The notes beneath the pieces were generated by a model, which was not told the origin of the DNA, ran no database searches, and saw nothing but the letters and a program-made list of their open reading frames with translations. Below are positions 42,663-53,480 of a DNA stretch of 64,000 nt, one piece after another. The stretch's first letter is position 1, and every line of letters starts with the position of its first letter. A program made the translations under genes and the position numbers. Origin of the DNA: Eledone cirrhosa (lineage: Eukaryota); NCBI GenBank assembly GCA_964016885.1, contig OZ024741.1:97030001-97094000 (forward strand). Direction: 5' to 3'.

Positions 42663-43036
42663 TAGGTATAGGATTATCCAAGATGTATTAATGGTTAATT
42701 ACTACACTGGATATGGTTGACGTACGGTAAGAGGTTACTCTACGAGTTATGGAACTAGGCTGCAGTACCACCGTGGAAACACTTGTAAGCACACGGAATA
42801 CATTACCTTTTTATGATGTCTACCTGTTATTATTCATTCTTTATATACACTCCGGAATACTGAAGGATCAGGAACTAAGTTTCTTGAACAATTCTTCCAT
42901 AACTCGTAGAGTAACCTATTACCGTACGTCAACCATATCCAGTGTAGTAATTAACCATTAATACATCTTGGATAATCCTATACCTAATAATCGCCTCCTA
43001 CACAGTTGAGCAACCACACCGACACACGGCATTAAT

Positions 43037-45364
43037 ATGGAAAGGCATCATATAGGTATGTCACTTAAAAACATACCTATACCTAACAAAAGGGAATATA
43101 TTCTCAGTATGATTCAACGCAGTAACGACTTCATTCGGCGTGTACGATGGAAAGCTTTCCACTTCGATAAAGGATGCGCCAATCACTCGTCTGAATCATA
43201 TGGTTTTAAATCATGTAAAAACCCACCTACAAACCCTCACCTCGAAGCTTTCGAACAGGATTTATTGAAAACTACCATGAACATTAAGTTCAACAGACAT
43301 AGAAATAATGAGCTGCAGAACAACATGAAAGCACTACTCCGAAGATTGCAAAATAGCAATGGAATTGTTGTGAAAGCTGACAAGACTTCTAACGTGTATA
43401 CCATGGATATTGATACGTACAATAACTTCATACGCAACGAACTACACAAAAAATATACAAAAACAAATGAAACTACGCTAGCAAATATTAACAACGAGGC
43501 ATATAAAGTGGTGAAGAATCTCAAGATAGACGATAGAACCGAGCCGATTATACCCACTACCCCCACCTTCAACCTGAAGGACCATAAGGTAAATTTTGAC
43601 TCTAACCCTAAGATCAGACTTATATGCCCTTCTAAATCAGACATAGGGAAAATTAGTAAACATATACTTGACAGAGTAATAACTCAAGTGAAAAAGAAAA
43701 TTGAAATTAAATTATGGGGCAACACTAGCGAAGCAATTCGCTGGTTTAATAATGTTAAGAATAAGAATAAATCTAAGTTTATACAATTTGACATAGACGA
43801 ATACTACTCTTCCATCTCACCAAGCACTTTACGTAAGGCCCTATCGTTTGCCAAGGCCAATTCCGACCTAACGGAGGACGAAATTAATATTATTCTCGAG
43901 GCTAGAAAAACCATTATTAAGTTCGATAACTGCTACTGGGAACGTAAGGACAGACCCACAAATTTCGATATTACCATGGGTTCCAACGACTCGGCGGAGG
44001 TCACGGATCTCGTGGGAATTTACATAGCCCACATATTACATAGTAGATTTAGTAATCTACAGGGGGGGATATACAGAGATGACGGGCTCTTATTAGTTAA
44101 TAACTTGAATAACCAAAATCTTGAAAGGCTACGGAAAAATATTAGAAAATCTTTTAGTGAACTGGGTCTAAAAATAACATACGAATACAATCTTAAAGTA
44201 GTAAACTTTCTGGACGTAACTCTTAATTTAAATACTGGACAGATACGACCCTTCCACAAGGTAAATGAGAACCTTACGTATATTAACTTTAACTCTAACC
44301 ACCCACTCTCCATGATCAAATCAGTTCCCCGGAGTATTTCTCTTAGAATCTCTCGCCTATCGTCTAACTCTGATATTTTTAGTGAACATGCTGAATACTA
44401 CAATAATGCATTAAGGAATGCTGACCACCGGGATACAATAGAATACATCGATAGGAATTTCCACAACACACATAGCTCTACACGTAATCAAGGTATACGT
44501 AACCGGGGGACTAAAACACAAGCACACACACACGGTACTACCAGACATACTAATAATAGAAGATCACCACCAAATAAATCACGTTGTAGAAAGTATATCT
44601 GGTACAATCCTATTTTTAATGCTTCGATTAGTACAAAACTATCTCTTTCATTCTTTAAATTAATCAATAAACACTTCCCTAGTTCCCATAAGTACAGCAA
44701 AATTCTGAACTCTAACACTATTAGACTATCATACTCCACGGCACCAAACCTTGAAGCATACATAAAAAAACTTAACTTAAGGCAATTAAACAACTCTACA
44801 AAACAAAACATTTTAGTAACAGATGGGCAGAACGCAATATCTGCCTCCCAACCACTAAATGGGAGACGGGTATTGCACAACCCACCTGTACCGCTATCAC
44901 AACCTATCCATGGTATACCCGCTACCCACAACAAAGAATGTAACTGCCATCTACCTGAAAGATGTCCATTGCAGAATGAATGCCTAAAGTCCAACACTGT
45001 TTACCAATGCACGGTTGAATCGAACGACCAGAAATGGTATTATATCGGATCTACCACCACATCGTTTAAATCTCGCTGGTACCGTCATCGATTCTCAATG
45101 AAACATCCGAATCACCGTTTTGTGACCACGCTCGCCAACAAGACCTGGCAACTCCGTGAACACAACCAACAGTTCGCCTTAAAATGGGATATACTTTCCA
45201 GCGCAAATGCATATCGGAGTGGATTGAAGTACTGTAGGTTATGTAACCTTGAGCTATTTTACATACTAAAATCCAAAAACAAACTACTTAACGATAGAAT
45301 TGAACGATCATTATACTGCAACCACAAACTAAAAGCTAAATTCTCTCACTATAAAATAACTTAA
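43037..45364 (+). CDS. PLE reverse transcriptase plus GIY-YIG endonuclease, 775 aa
   Basis: Uninterrupted ORF: KADKT, FDIDEYYSSI, ITMGS, YRDD, FLDV, CNC..CPL..CL, VY..YIG, CRLC. Confidence 0.95.
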   Translation: MERHHIGMSLKNIPIPNKREYILSMIQRSNDFIRRVRWKAFHFDKGCANHSSESYGFKSCKNPPTNPHLEAFEQDLLKTTMNIKFNRHRNNELQNNMKALLRRLQNSNGIVVKADKTSNVYTMDIDTYNNFIRNELHKKYTKTNETTLANINNEAYKVVKNLKIDDRTEPIIPTTPTFNLKDHKVNFDSNPKIRLICPSKSDIGKISKHILDRVITQVKKKIEIKLWGNTSEAIRWFNNVKNKNKSKFIQFDIDEYYSSISPSTLRKALSFAKANSDLTEDEINIILEARKTIIKFDNCYWERKDRPTNFDITMGSNDSAEVTDLVGIYIAHILHSRFSNLQGGIYRDDGLLLVNNLNNQNLERLRKNIRKSFSELGLKITYEYNLKVVNFLDVTLNLNTGQIRPFHKVNENLTYINFNSNHPLSMIKSVPRSISLRISRLSSNSDIFSEHAEYYNNALRNADHRDTIEYIDRNFHNTHSSTRNQGIRNRGTKTQAHTHGTTRHTNNRRSPPNKSRCRKYIWYNPIFNASISTKLSLSFFKLINKHFPSSHKYSKILNSNTIRLSYSTAPNLEAYIKKLNLRQLNNSTKQNILVTDGQNAISASQPLNGRRVLHNPPVPLSQPIHGIPATHNKECNCHLPERCPLQNECLKSNTVYQCTVESNDQKWYYIGSTTTSFKSRWYRHRFSMKHPNHRFVTTLANKTWQLREHNQQFALKWDILSSANAYRSGLKYCRLCNLELFYILKSKNKLLNDRIERSLYCNHKLKAKFSHYKIT

Positions 45365-45864
45365 CATTCGAACCCGTAACTACAACACCACTTTCTAGCT
45401 AACCACCTTCTCTTCCCCCCCACACTACAAGACAATACACTGCTTATCACTATACATGGTAACTCAGTACAATTCCTAGATTACTACTACAAAACCAAAA
45501 GCCCACTCACCACACATACTTTATCTGTCCCCTCTCTACCTATATATCTCTCTCTACATCCATTACACTCTCTCTCTCTCTCACCTTTGACCTACCTCCC
45601 TCTCAACATCTATGATCCTGCCCTCTGGGGCAATAAATAATTCCGACCTCAACTATCTACGCATCTCTCCAAAAGTAACCAGTATAATAAAACCTCTACC
45701 ATAGCATTTTGATTAAGATATCTACAAGCCACTCTCTCCTACTTCTCCAACCCCTGCATATCTTTCCTTCTCTCTCCCTCTTCCCTACTTTTCTCTCTTC
45801 CTGTTCCACTCTATCTTCCCCAACAACTCCACTTAACGGTTTTTACATTGTACATTTACTTTTC

Positions 45865-45976
45865 TGCTCTGAGGAAACAGTGGTCACAGCATTGGATATT
45901 CGAGTTCTGCAAATACTTGTGAATTTGCACGTAGCGGAACTAGGCTGCAGTACCACCGTGGAAACACTTGTAAGCA
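45865..45976 (+). ncRNA. Hammerhead with extended branched stem II
   Basis: tgct-CTGAGGA-aacagtggt..accaccgtg-GAAA-CACTTG-TA-agca. Confidence 0.75.
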
Positions 45977-46023
45977 CACGGAATAAATTACCTTTTTATG
46001 ATGTCTACCTGTTATTATTCATT

Positions 46024-46087
<64 letters not shown>

Positions 46088-46092
<5 letters not shown>

Positions 46093-46377
46093 CACAATTA
46101 TCAAAGTTATGTTCAAATCATTTAATTGCTGACAATCGTTTCTTTCAAACTTTCGTTTGGAGTCATCGGAGCAATTAAATGGCTTGAACATAACTTTGAT
46201 AATTGTGTAATTTATATTCCTGCTCTGTAAAACACCTGATGTTCTTACATTGAGCTATTTCTCTTACTGGTAATAAGGTAGTAGGAATTTACTGACCTTT
46301 CCTGTTTATAGTTGTTTATAGTATAGTATATACATAACTATAAATAGTATCATTATTATTATTATTATTATTATTAT

Positions 46378-46420
<43 letters not shown>

Positions 46421-46520
46421 TACTATTTATACTTATGTATATACTATAAACAACTATAAACAGGAAAGGTCAGTAAATTCCTACTACCTTATTACCAGTA
46501 AGAGAAATAGCTCAATATGT
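46088..46520. mobile_element. Double fold-back mini-insertion
   Basis: Arms 46088-46130/46170-46212 and about 46248-46378/46390-46518. Confidence 0.8.
46127..46173 (-). ncRNA. Hammerhead, U4C variant
   Basis: tgct-CCGATGA-ctccaaac-gaaa-gtttgaaa-GAAA-CGATTG-TC-agca. Confidence 0.65.
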
Positions 46521-46914
46521 ATATATATATATAAAATTATATGTTTGAAAAACAGTCACCGTTCTTCAGACATATAATTTTATATTGCTCTGATTAATAA
46601 TTATTTGCTTAATTAATTTTTTTCATAAAGCCACACCGTTGAAGGTAGCCACACTCATATATGTATCTGTGACTATGTCTAAATATATACATATATATCC
46701 TTATAAATACATATGTATATATGTGTGTGTGTTTGTGTGCGTGTGTGTATGTGTGTGTATGTATGTGTGTGTGTTTATCGTGTCTGTGGTGTATATATAA
46801 TTTTTAAACATTCAACATTTTTACTTCTTGTATTTTGTTATAACATTTTTATTGTATTTTATTTTGTATTTTTACTTACTACATACATATTATGTCTTAT
46901 TATTTTATATAAAA

Positions 46915-47020
46915 GCTGAGGTTAACTTTGCCTTTCATCCTTACGGAGTCAATAAAATAAAGTACGAGTAATACACTGGGTAATTGCTGGCCTTGTGCCA
47001 AAAAGGAGAAACAATTATTT
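46915..47020 (+). mobile_element. SINE 3' part
   Basis: Shared SINE core. Confidence 0.75.
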
Positions 47021-47399
47021 TATATAATATAAGATCTGTGAATTCTGAGAGACACCTTACAAGGGCTGTACTTTTAGTAATCTTTGACTCATATTGTAGA
47101 CTAAACTCAGATGCTTGGTTACGATAACTAATCTAGGAAATAGTAAATTCTAAGACAAAAGTCTGAGGCCTGAGAAGTTTGTGGACTTAACATTCTATAT
47201 ATCACAGAAATGAAATCTATGATGAAGACATGGGGGAGTACTGTGCAAGCTATGTCCACTTAAAATATGTTCAACTGCTCAGGTAATACTTGTACACTAC
47301 AAGCTCGGTAAACTTCAGCCGTAACGTCGGCAGTAAGATTTAAATGCACTATATACTTATGTAAAATGTTTCGAACTCAATCTGTAACTGGAATTAAGG

Positions 47400-48200
47400 C
47401 TTTAAGAACGACTTACGAGCAGGTTTGACTTGGCGGGTGACCCAATTCGCCATAGGTTAGTCCGGTCGTTAAGCACTGTGGTCAATCGACAACACGAAAA
47501 GATTCAACGCCTTACGAAACATTCATGTTGGAATATACGTACTCTAGTTGACAACAATTCTATTCAAATAACATGGATACAAATCACACTGATCACCCAG
47601 GATTTAAAAGGATTTTCATTAGTTAAAGTAGTTATAGGTGATTTCACCTCGACCTTTGGATCTGACTTCATTATAGGGCAGATCTTAGGTAAACATGGAG
47701 TAGGAAAGTGTAAGGGAAATGGTTTTTCACCCTTTACATTTTGCACTGAATATCGGCTTGTGATAGTAAGCACTTTCTTTCGGTAAAGTAAATAAATATA
47801 AAACAAGTTCTAAGCACTTGCATCTTATTGCCTATGTTTATGTTCGCAATTCAAATTTGAAAGATGCACGCCGTGCCTGAGCTATTAGATGAGTAGATTG
47901 CTGGACACACTCTAGGCTAGTGACAGGAAAGTTTAATAATTAAATCCAACTCAATATTAGAAAGGAAGGCACCTGCGTATCAAACAGAATTAACATAGGA
48001 AACCCTAATCACACAACCTTATAGCAAGGTTTTCTAGATGCAATAAGAGGTTTTTCATTTGAACAAGAAAATCAATTGGAGAATTTCAAATTATAAGTCT
48101 ATAATGCAGCATCCAACACTTTGGTCTATATAACTCAGAAAGGAGCAGATTGGTTTATTGATAACGATCATGGTCATAAGTCACATGGATTGTTGCACTA
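47400..48200 (+). pseudogene. Decayed RTE-like LINE AP-endonuclease region
   Basis: WNIRTL, VVIGDF, GKHGVGKCKGNG, FCTEYRLVIVSTFF. Confidence 0.75.
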
Positions 48201-48610
48201 GCTTATGTCAAATTAACTGTAGAACGTAAAGATATCTAATAAATTTGCACGACGAATACTATCTCAATATCATATATAGAATACTGGGAAAAGCTGAAAT
48301 AAAATGTACTCCTAGTGCATGTTTGGAATAGATACACTTCGTGAAAAATCCGACCTTTGAGGTCTTGAGTGAGGACCAGATTCTAGAAATATTTTGTGTG
48401 ATTCAGGAGCCCCGCCATTTAAAAAAATTACCAGAGATCTGAGAGATCTATATAGAGGAGTATAAAAATATCTTCAAGAAGCATCTGGAAATTCTACTGT
48501 CCAAGATTCAATATGAGCCTACAGATGAGGTAGACAGGATGTTGAAAATGCCACGAAATATTTACAGCCCACCGGTGGAAGCATATGAGACAGTAACTGA
48601 AGACAGAAAT

Positions 48611-48830
48611 TCTTCTTCTTCTTCTTCTTCTTCTTGAGGCGGCAGAGTACTCAAACACTCATTCCAGTGGGTCCTGTCAAAAGCAACCGTCTCCAACTGA
48701 TCCGACTAGATCACCAAGCAAGACTAACCAAGCTCATGGATGTTATCCATCCATTTTGCTGAGGGGTCTGCTCCTGGGTCTCTTACAAAATGGCTTTGAC
48801 GTAAAATATGTCCAGCTATTCTTTCTTGAG
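48611..48830 (-). mobile_element. RTE-like 3' end with GAA tail
   Basis: Homologous to 4310-4500. Confidence 0.65.
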
Positions 48831-48834
48831 AAAC

Positions 48835-49322
48835 TTTACAGGCATATTAAGCAGGCAAAGTTGTTTGAGTATTAACATTTTAATACACAAACACCTTTGC
48901 CTGCTTGATATGTTTGTAAACCTATGTTATTTTATGTGATACCTTTGCCATGCAGTAATTATATATGCCTTGTACCATTGCTGGTTTCTTATCTAACTGT
49001 CCTGTATATGCCTAACGCATTTGCACTCATTATACTGCTTTAATTATTATACTATTCTCTTGTAATCTCTGTCACATGCATTCCACACTGTGCCTCTAAT
49101 TATTATACAACTCTCTTGTAACCTCTGTAACATTCATTCCACTCTGTAAATACTAAACTGTTGATAATAACATTAATAACCATGTATCTATATGATTGTT
49201 CAGTTGAATAGAAAGTTAATTATATGTCCAAACTTTGCTAGTGCTCCGATGAGTTCAAACGAAAGTTTGGAAGAAACGATTGTCAGCAATAACATGATTT
49301 GAACATAGATTTTATTATTGTG

Positions 49323-49326
<4 letters not shown>
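48835..49326 (+). mobile_element. PLE-like 3' UTR/pLTR fragment with a 5' hairpin
   Basis: Hairpin 48835-48920; HHR near the 3' end; TA tract follows. Confidence 0.65.
49242..49288 (+). ncRNA. Hammerhead, U4C variant
   Basis: tgct-CCGATGA-gttcaaac-gaaa-gtttggaa-GAAA-CGATTG-TC-agca. Confidence 0.65.
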
Positions 49327-49400
<74 letters not shown>

Positions 49401-49803
49401 GTTAATGTGTGTCTATGTAAGTATTTCTGTTCTTACATATAGATGTATAGATTATTCATTATACATCTTCAAAGGTGAAAGTAGAAAAAAATCACGACCT
49501 TTAAAAGTTACTGCACTTTCCTGATTTTGTCATCAGATCAAATAAAATTATGCGAAAATAATACTGGAAAAATAAAGGGAATATGCGTAACAAAATGGTG
49601 AAATATAGAACTCAGATCAATAAATGATTTGAGTACATAATTAGTTTACAGTGATTAAAAGAAAATCAACTAATATAAGTGAATTACGAAATGATTTAAT
49701 TAACAGGGAGAATCCACGTTAGATGATAGATGCGAAACCATTAAGTAATTTAGTTAGACATTATAACATTTCTTAATGAATTCATTGAATTTTTAATAAA
49801 TCC

Positions 49804-49873
<70 letters not shown>

Positions 49874-50494
49874 CACACACATATGTATGTATATACATAC
49901 ATGCACAAATACAATGTTATATATGTATGTATATATTGTTCATTATATAATAACTTGCACTCGATTCAACATTCCTGGAATTTAAACTGACGCCAGACGT
50001 AATCACTCAAATAAATATAATTCTGGTTTATTGAATATATTGAGTAACGTGCATGATGAAAAAACGTGTATATACACAAACCACAAACTCTCTCTCTCTC
50101 TCACACAGACAAATATATATATATATAATATAGGCACATTACAGGTGCTATGTACGTGTGTATGAATATAAGTATACTTAACTATATACCTGCATAAATG
50201 TATGTGTGTATATATAAAGAGATAGAACGAGCAAGAGTGAAATATATTGTATATACGCGATGCGTATATACGATTGAGATACTTTGTCTCAATTATGGTT
50301 TTCTTTATGGGTTTGTAAGTAAATGAAGGTGTGGAATGTGGTTATAATTTTGTTTCTTCATATTATTAAAATAAATTGATTAGGATGAAAGAACAATTAA
50401 TTAACAGTCAGCACTCGTATTGTGGTACATTCTAAGACAATTTAGATCCAAATTAGTTTGTGAAAATTCTGCATTATTCATTAACTGTCATAAT

Positions 50495-50710
50495 TATTTT
50501 GATTTAGGCACAAGGTCAACAATGTTTGGGGAAAGGGAAAGTCGGTTAAATCGACGCCAGTGTATTACTGGTACTTTATTTTATCTACCCCGTGAGGATG
50601 ATAGGCAAAGCTTACTTCGACGGGATTTGAGATCAGAACGTAAAGGGCCAGTACTCTATGTTGCAAACATTTTTTTCCGACATGCTACCGATTCTGACAA
50701 TCCACCGCCC
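50495..50710 (-). mobile_element. SINE
   Basis: Reverse complement of the SINE consensus. Confidence 0.7.
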
Positions 50711-51205
50711 TTTAATTGTTTCGACGATACTTGTTGCAGTTGTTCGATTAACGAAGCAGCTTGATAATGAAAGTACGTAGATTAGGAATCATAGATACTT
50801 ATACTTTTAATGTAATTCTGAGGGAGATTCAGTGTGACACACTGAGAAATAAATATGAGCCTTTGAATTACATGTAAAGTACATGCCACGGGATTCTAGA
50901 CAGCTTTCATTGATACTTGCGGAAGATCGAATGCATTGGGATCAAACGCGGATCATAATATTTACAAAACAAACTAATCATTCGACCATGCTGCATCTAA
51001 ACTATATAAATACTCTTAGCATTCAAATTAAATAGGTCACGCATTACATTACAACTGTATTTCAAATACAGTGTTGATCATGAAATGAATGCGGGAAATA
51101 GTTTTGCGGTAGGTATGAGTGCAGGTCAGGGGTTGGCTTACGGTTTTTTTTTAGTTTTGTTTACAGATTAATGCAATCAACGGCTTTATTCGCACACACA
51201 CACAC

Positions 51206-51284
<79 letters not shown>

Positions 51285-51446
51285 ATAAGGGTTTATGGAC
51301 TCAGCATATTTATTAATGCCAGTACCGGTTGTATCTCAGCGCATTCCATGGGCAATGTAAGATACATTACCAGAGTATACACATAGTTATTTGCCTCAAC
51401 ACAACACTCGTAAAACGGGTGCCTATAAGGTTCCCGGATATATATA

Positions 51447-51615
51447 TAACAAAGAAGTGGGGTAAGGAACCAGGTGGGCCATAACACACCAGTATCGATA
51501 GTAGACTGGGTATTAAGAAAAGAGTCATGACCCAGACGGCTGAGCTCCAGCTGTTTCGACAGTTAGGTGTCGAAACGGCCGGAGCTCAGCCGTCGGGTTC
51601 CAGACTCTTTTCCTA
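51447..51615 (-). mobile_element. Fold-back mini-insertion, family A (diverged)
   Basis: Homologous to 1626-1813. Confidence 0.75.
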
Positions 51616-51704
51616 TATATATAGTGCAAATTTATACGGGAACAAAACAGCGAGGCAGACAAATAAAAGTTTATTAGGTTCACGCTTTTGAGAGTGGGGG
51701 GAGG

Positions 51705-51732
51705 GACGTTTCGGGCATAAGCCCTTCTTCAG
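51705..51732 (-). ncRNA. Ultra-minimal hammerhead-like core in a solo pLTR-like segment (about 51624-52320)
   Basis: CTGAAGA-a-gggc-ttat-gccc-GAAA-CG-TC, AATAAA downstream; no local stem I. Confidence 0.55.
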
Positions 51733-52320
51733 AAGTAAATAGGTTAGGAAGAGAGTTCAGAGGGTGTGTGGAAATACATTTAGAAAAAAAGGGGAAGGAG
51801 AACAAATAAAAATTAAAATAAAGTTAAAAATAAACATAAGAATAAACAATAAGATGAACAAGTGGTGGAAGGGTGTGAGGCGTGTAAAGGTGGTGGCGGG
51901 TGGTGTTGGGAGAGGGAGGCGGGAGGTCGAAGCGGGGAAGGCTGAAGGTGGTGTTTGTGTATGCGTGTAGGTGTACGTGAGTGTGTGTGCGTCTATATGT
52001 GAGAGTTTGAGGAAGAACGAGGTTCCACGTTCAGTAAAAGGTGTGTGCGTGGGGTGGGGTGTAAGTTGGTGTGTGCGTGCGTGTGGAAGGAGATGAGTCA
52101 GGGGGTGGGGGTGGTGACGTGTGGATTCCGGAGGTTGAGTGTGTATATGTGGGGTTACGCACGTGTGTGTTTGTGTTTATATGTGGTGTGGATGTGGGTG
52201 GCGTGATGCGAAACAAAATGTGAGTGTATATTCGTGGGTAAGTTCCTGAGGTAGTTCCGTCGGTTGTCTGAAGGGTTAGTGGATATTTTTCATGTTATGG
52301 AGTGGATGGTTGGAGAGATG

Positions 52321-52360
<40 letters not shown>

Positions 52361-52460
52361 CTAGAAATATATATATAAATATATATACCATCTTACTTTA
52401 CTCTATTTTATATTTCTTATTCCATCTTATCTTTATCAATATTTTTATTATCTCATCTGA

Positions 52461-52584
52461 CGTTCTGAAGAGCTGCTCCATGATATTACTTAAGTTACTT
52501 ATCTTCCTCTGAACCAGACAAATAACGATCTAATAATCAATTGATCCAGAATCATTATATGGAGTAGCGAAACAATTGTAAAGG
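52461..52584 (+). ncRNA. Hammerhead with extended stem II
   Basis: cgtt-CTGAAGA-gctgctccat..atggagtagc-GAAA-CAATTG-TA-aagg. Confidence 0.75.
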
Positions 52585-52605
52585 GACATTATTATTCCTT
52601 ACATT

Positions 52606-52750
52606 CAAGATCTATTTAGTTACGTCTCTTTACGATCTGAGTTCAAATCCCACCGGGGTTGACTTTGCCTTTCATCCTTACGGGGTCGATAAAATAAAGT
52701 ACCAGTAATGCACTGGGTAATTGCTGGCCTTGTGCCTAAAAGTAGAAACA
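52606..52750 (+). mobile_element. Truncated SINE with 15-bp TSD
   Basis: attattccttacatt at 52591-52605 and 52751-52765. Confidence 0.85.
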
Positions 52751-52840
52751 ATTATTCCTTACATTAAACTGCAACAATGTTGACACTCTTTAACTAACGT
52801 CTTCCATGTGAATGTTGCGGTCTTGTTTTGCATAACTAAC

Positions 52841-52888
<48 letters not shown>

Positions 52889-52904
52889 TATGACTACGAC
52901 CACT

Positions 52905-52937
<33 letters not shown>

Positions 52938-53080
52938 AATAATAATAATAAAAGTGATGTTGATGGTGATGATTAATAGAAAATGCTATTTTCATCATTT
53001 CTAAAATTAGCAAAACAATTGATGCTTTGGATATGATTAATTATTGGTCGTTATACATGCTCAATCAGCCGTGACGCTTA

Positions 53081-53190
53081 AACCAATCAGCTTTAGTAAT
53101 TCAGTGAAACTACACACTGATTGGTCGACATACAGTTTGCAAGACCTAGGATTCTGGAGCCACTTTTCCCTCTATAAAATGTATAAAAGG
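53081..53190 (+). promoter_or_regulatory. Putative Pol II promoter in the pLTR (CCAAT, inverted CCAAT, TATAAAA)
   Basis: aaccaatcag at 53081, ctgattgg at 53117, tataaaa at 53174 and 53182; retained in the second pLTR. Confidence 0.45.
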
Positions 53191-53251
53191 TAGAAAATTT
53201 ACCCATCTTATTACAGTTGAAAATTGCAAACTTGACTGTCACCACATATTA

Positions 53252-53290
53252 TGAACCTGAAGATTGCGGAAGCATGAAAGTACTTGTTCA
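53252..53290 (+). ncRNA. Minimal hammerhead
   Basis: tgaac-CTGAAGA-ttgc-ggaa-gcat-GAAA-GTAC-TT-gttca. Confidence 0.85.
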
Positions 53291-53480
53291 ATTAACACTT
53301 AGAATTGTATATTCTATCATACTATTTCATTATAATACCATTATAAATTTTAAAGGATTGTAAATAAAATAAGTAAATCAGACAAAGTTGGAACTCCTCT
53401 TATTAATATAATCTTCTATACACACCCGTGTATATTTATCTATATATATATATATATATTCCTATTGTGTATATGCCAAC

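Larger units (their letters stand above)
42661..46031 (+). mobile_element. Apparently intact PLE (Nematis-like, inferred)
   Basis: Inverted 5' segment 42661-42754/42895-42988; partial pLTR 42751-42846 matches 45936-46031; TA on both sides. Confidence 0.93.
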
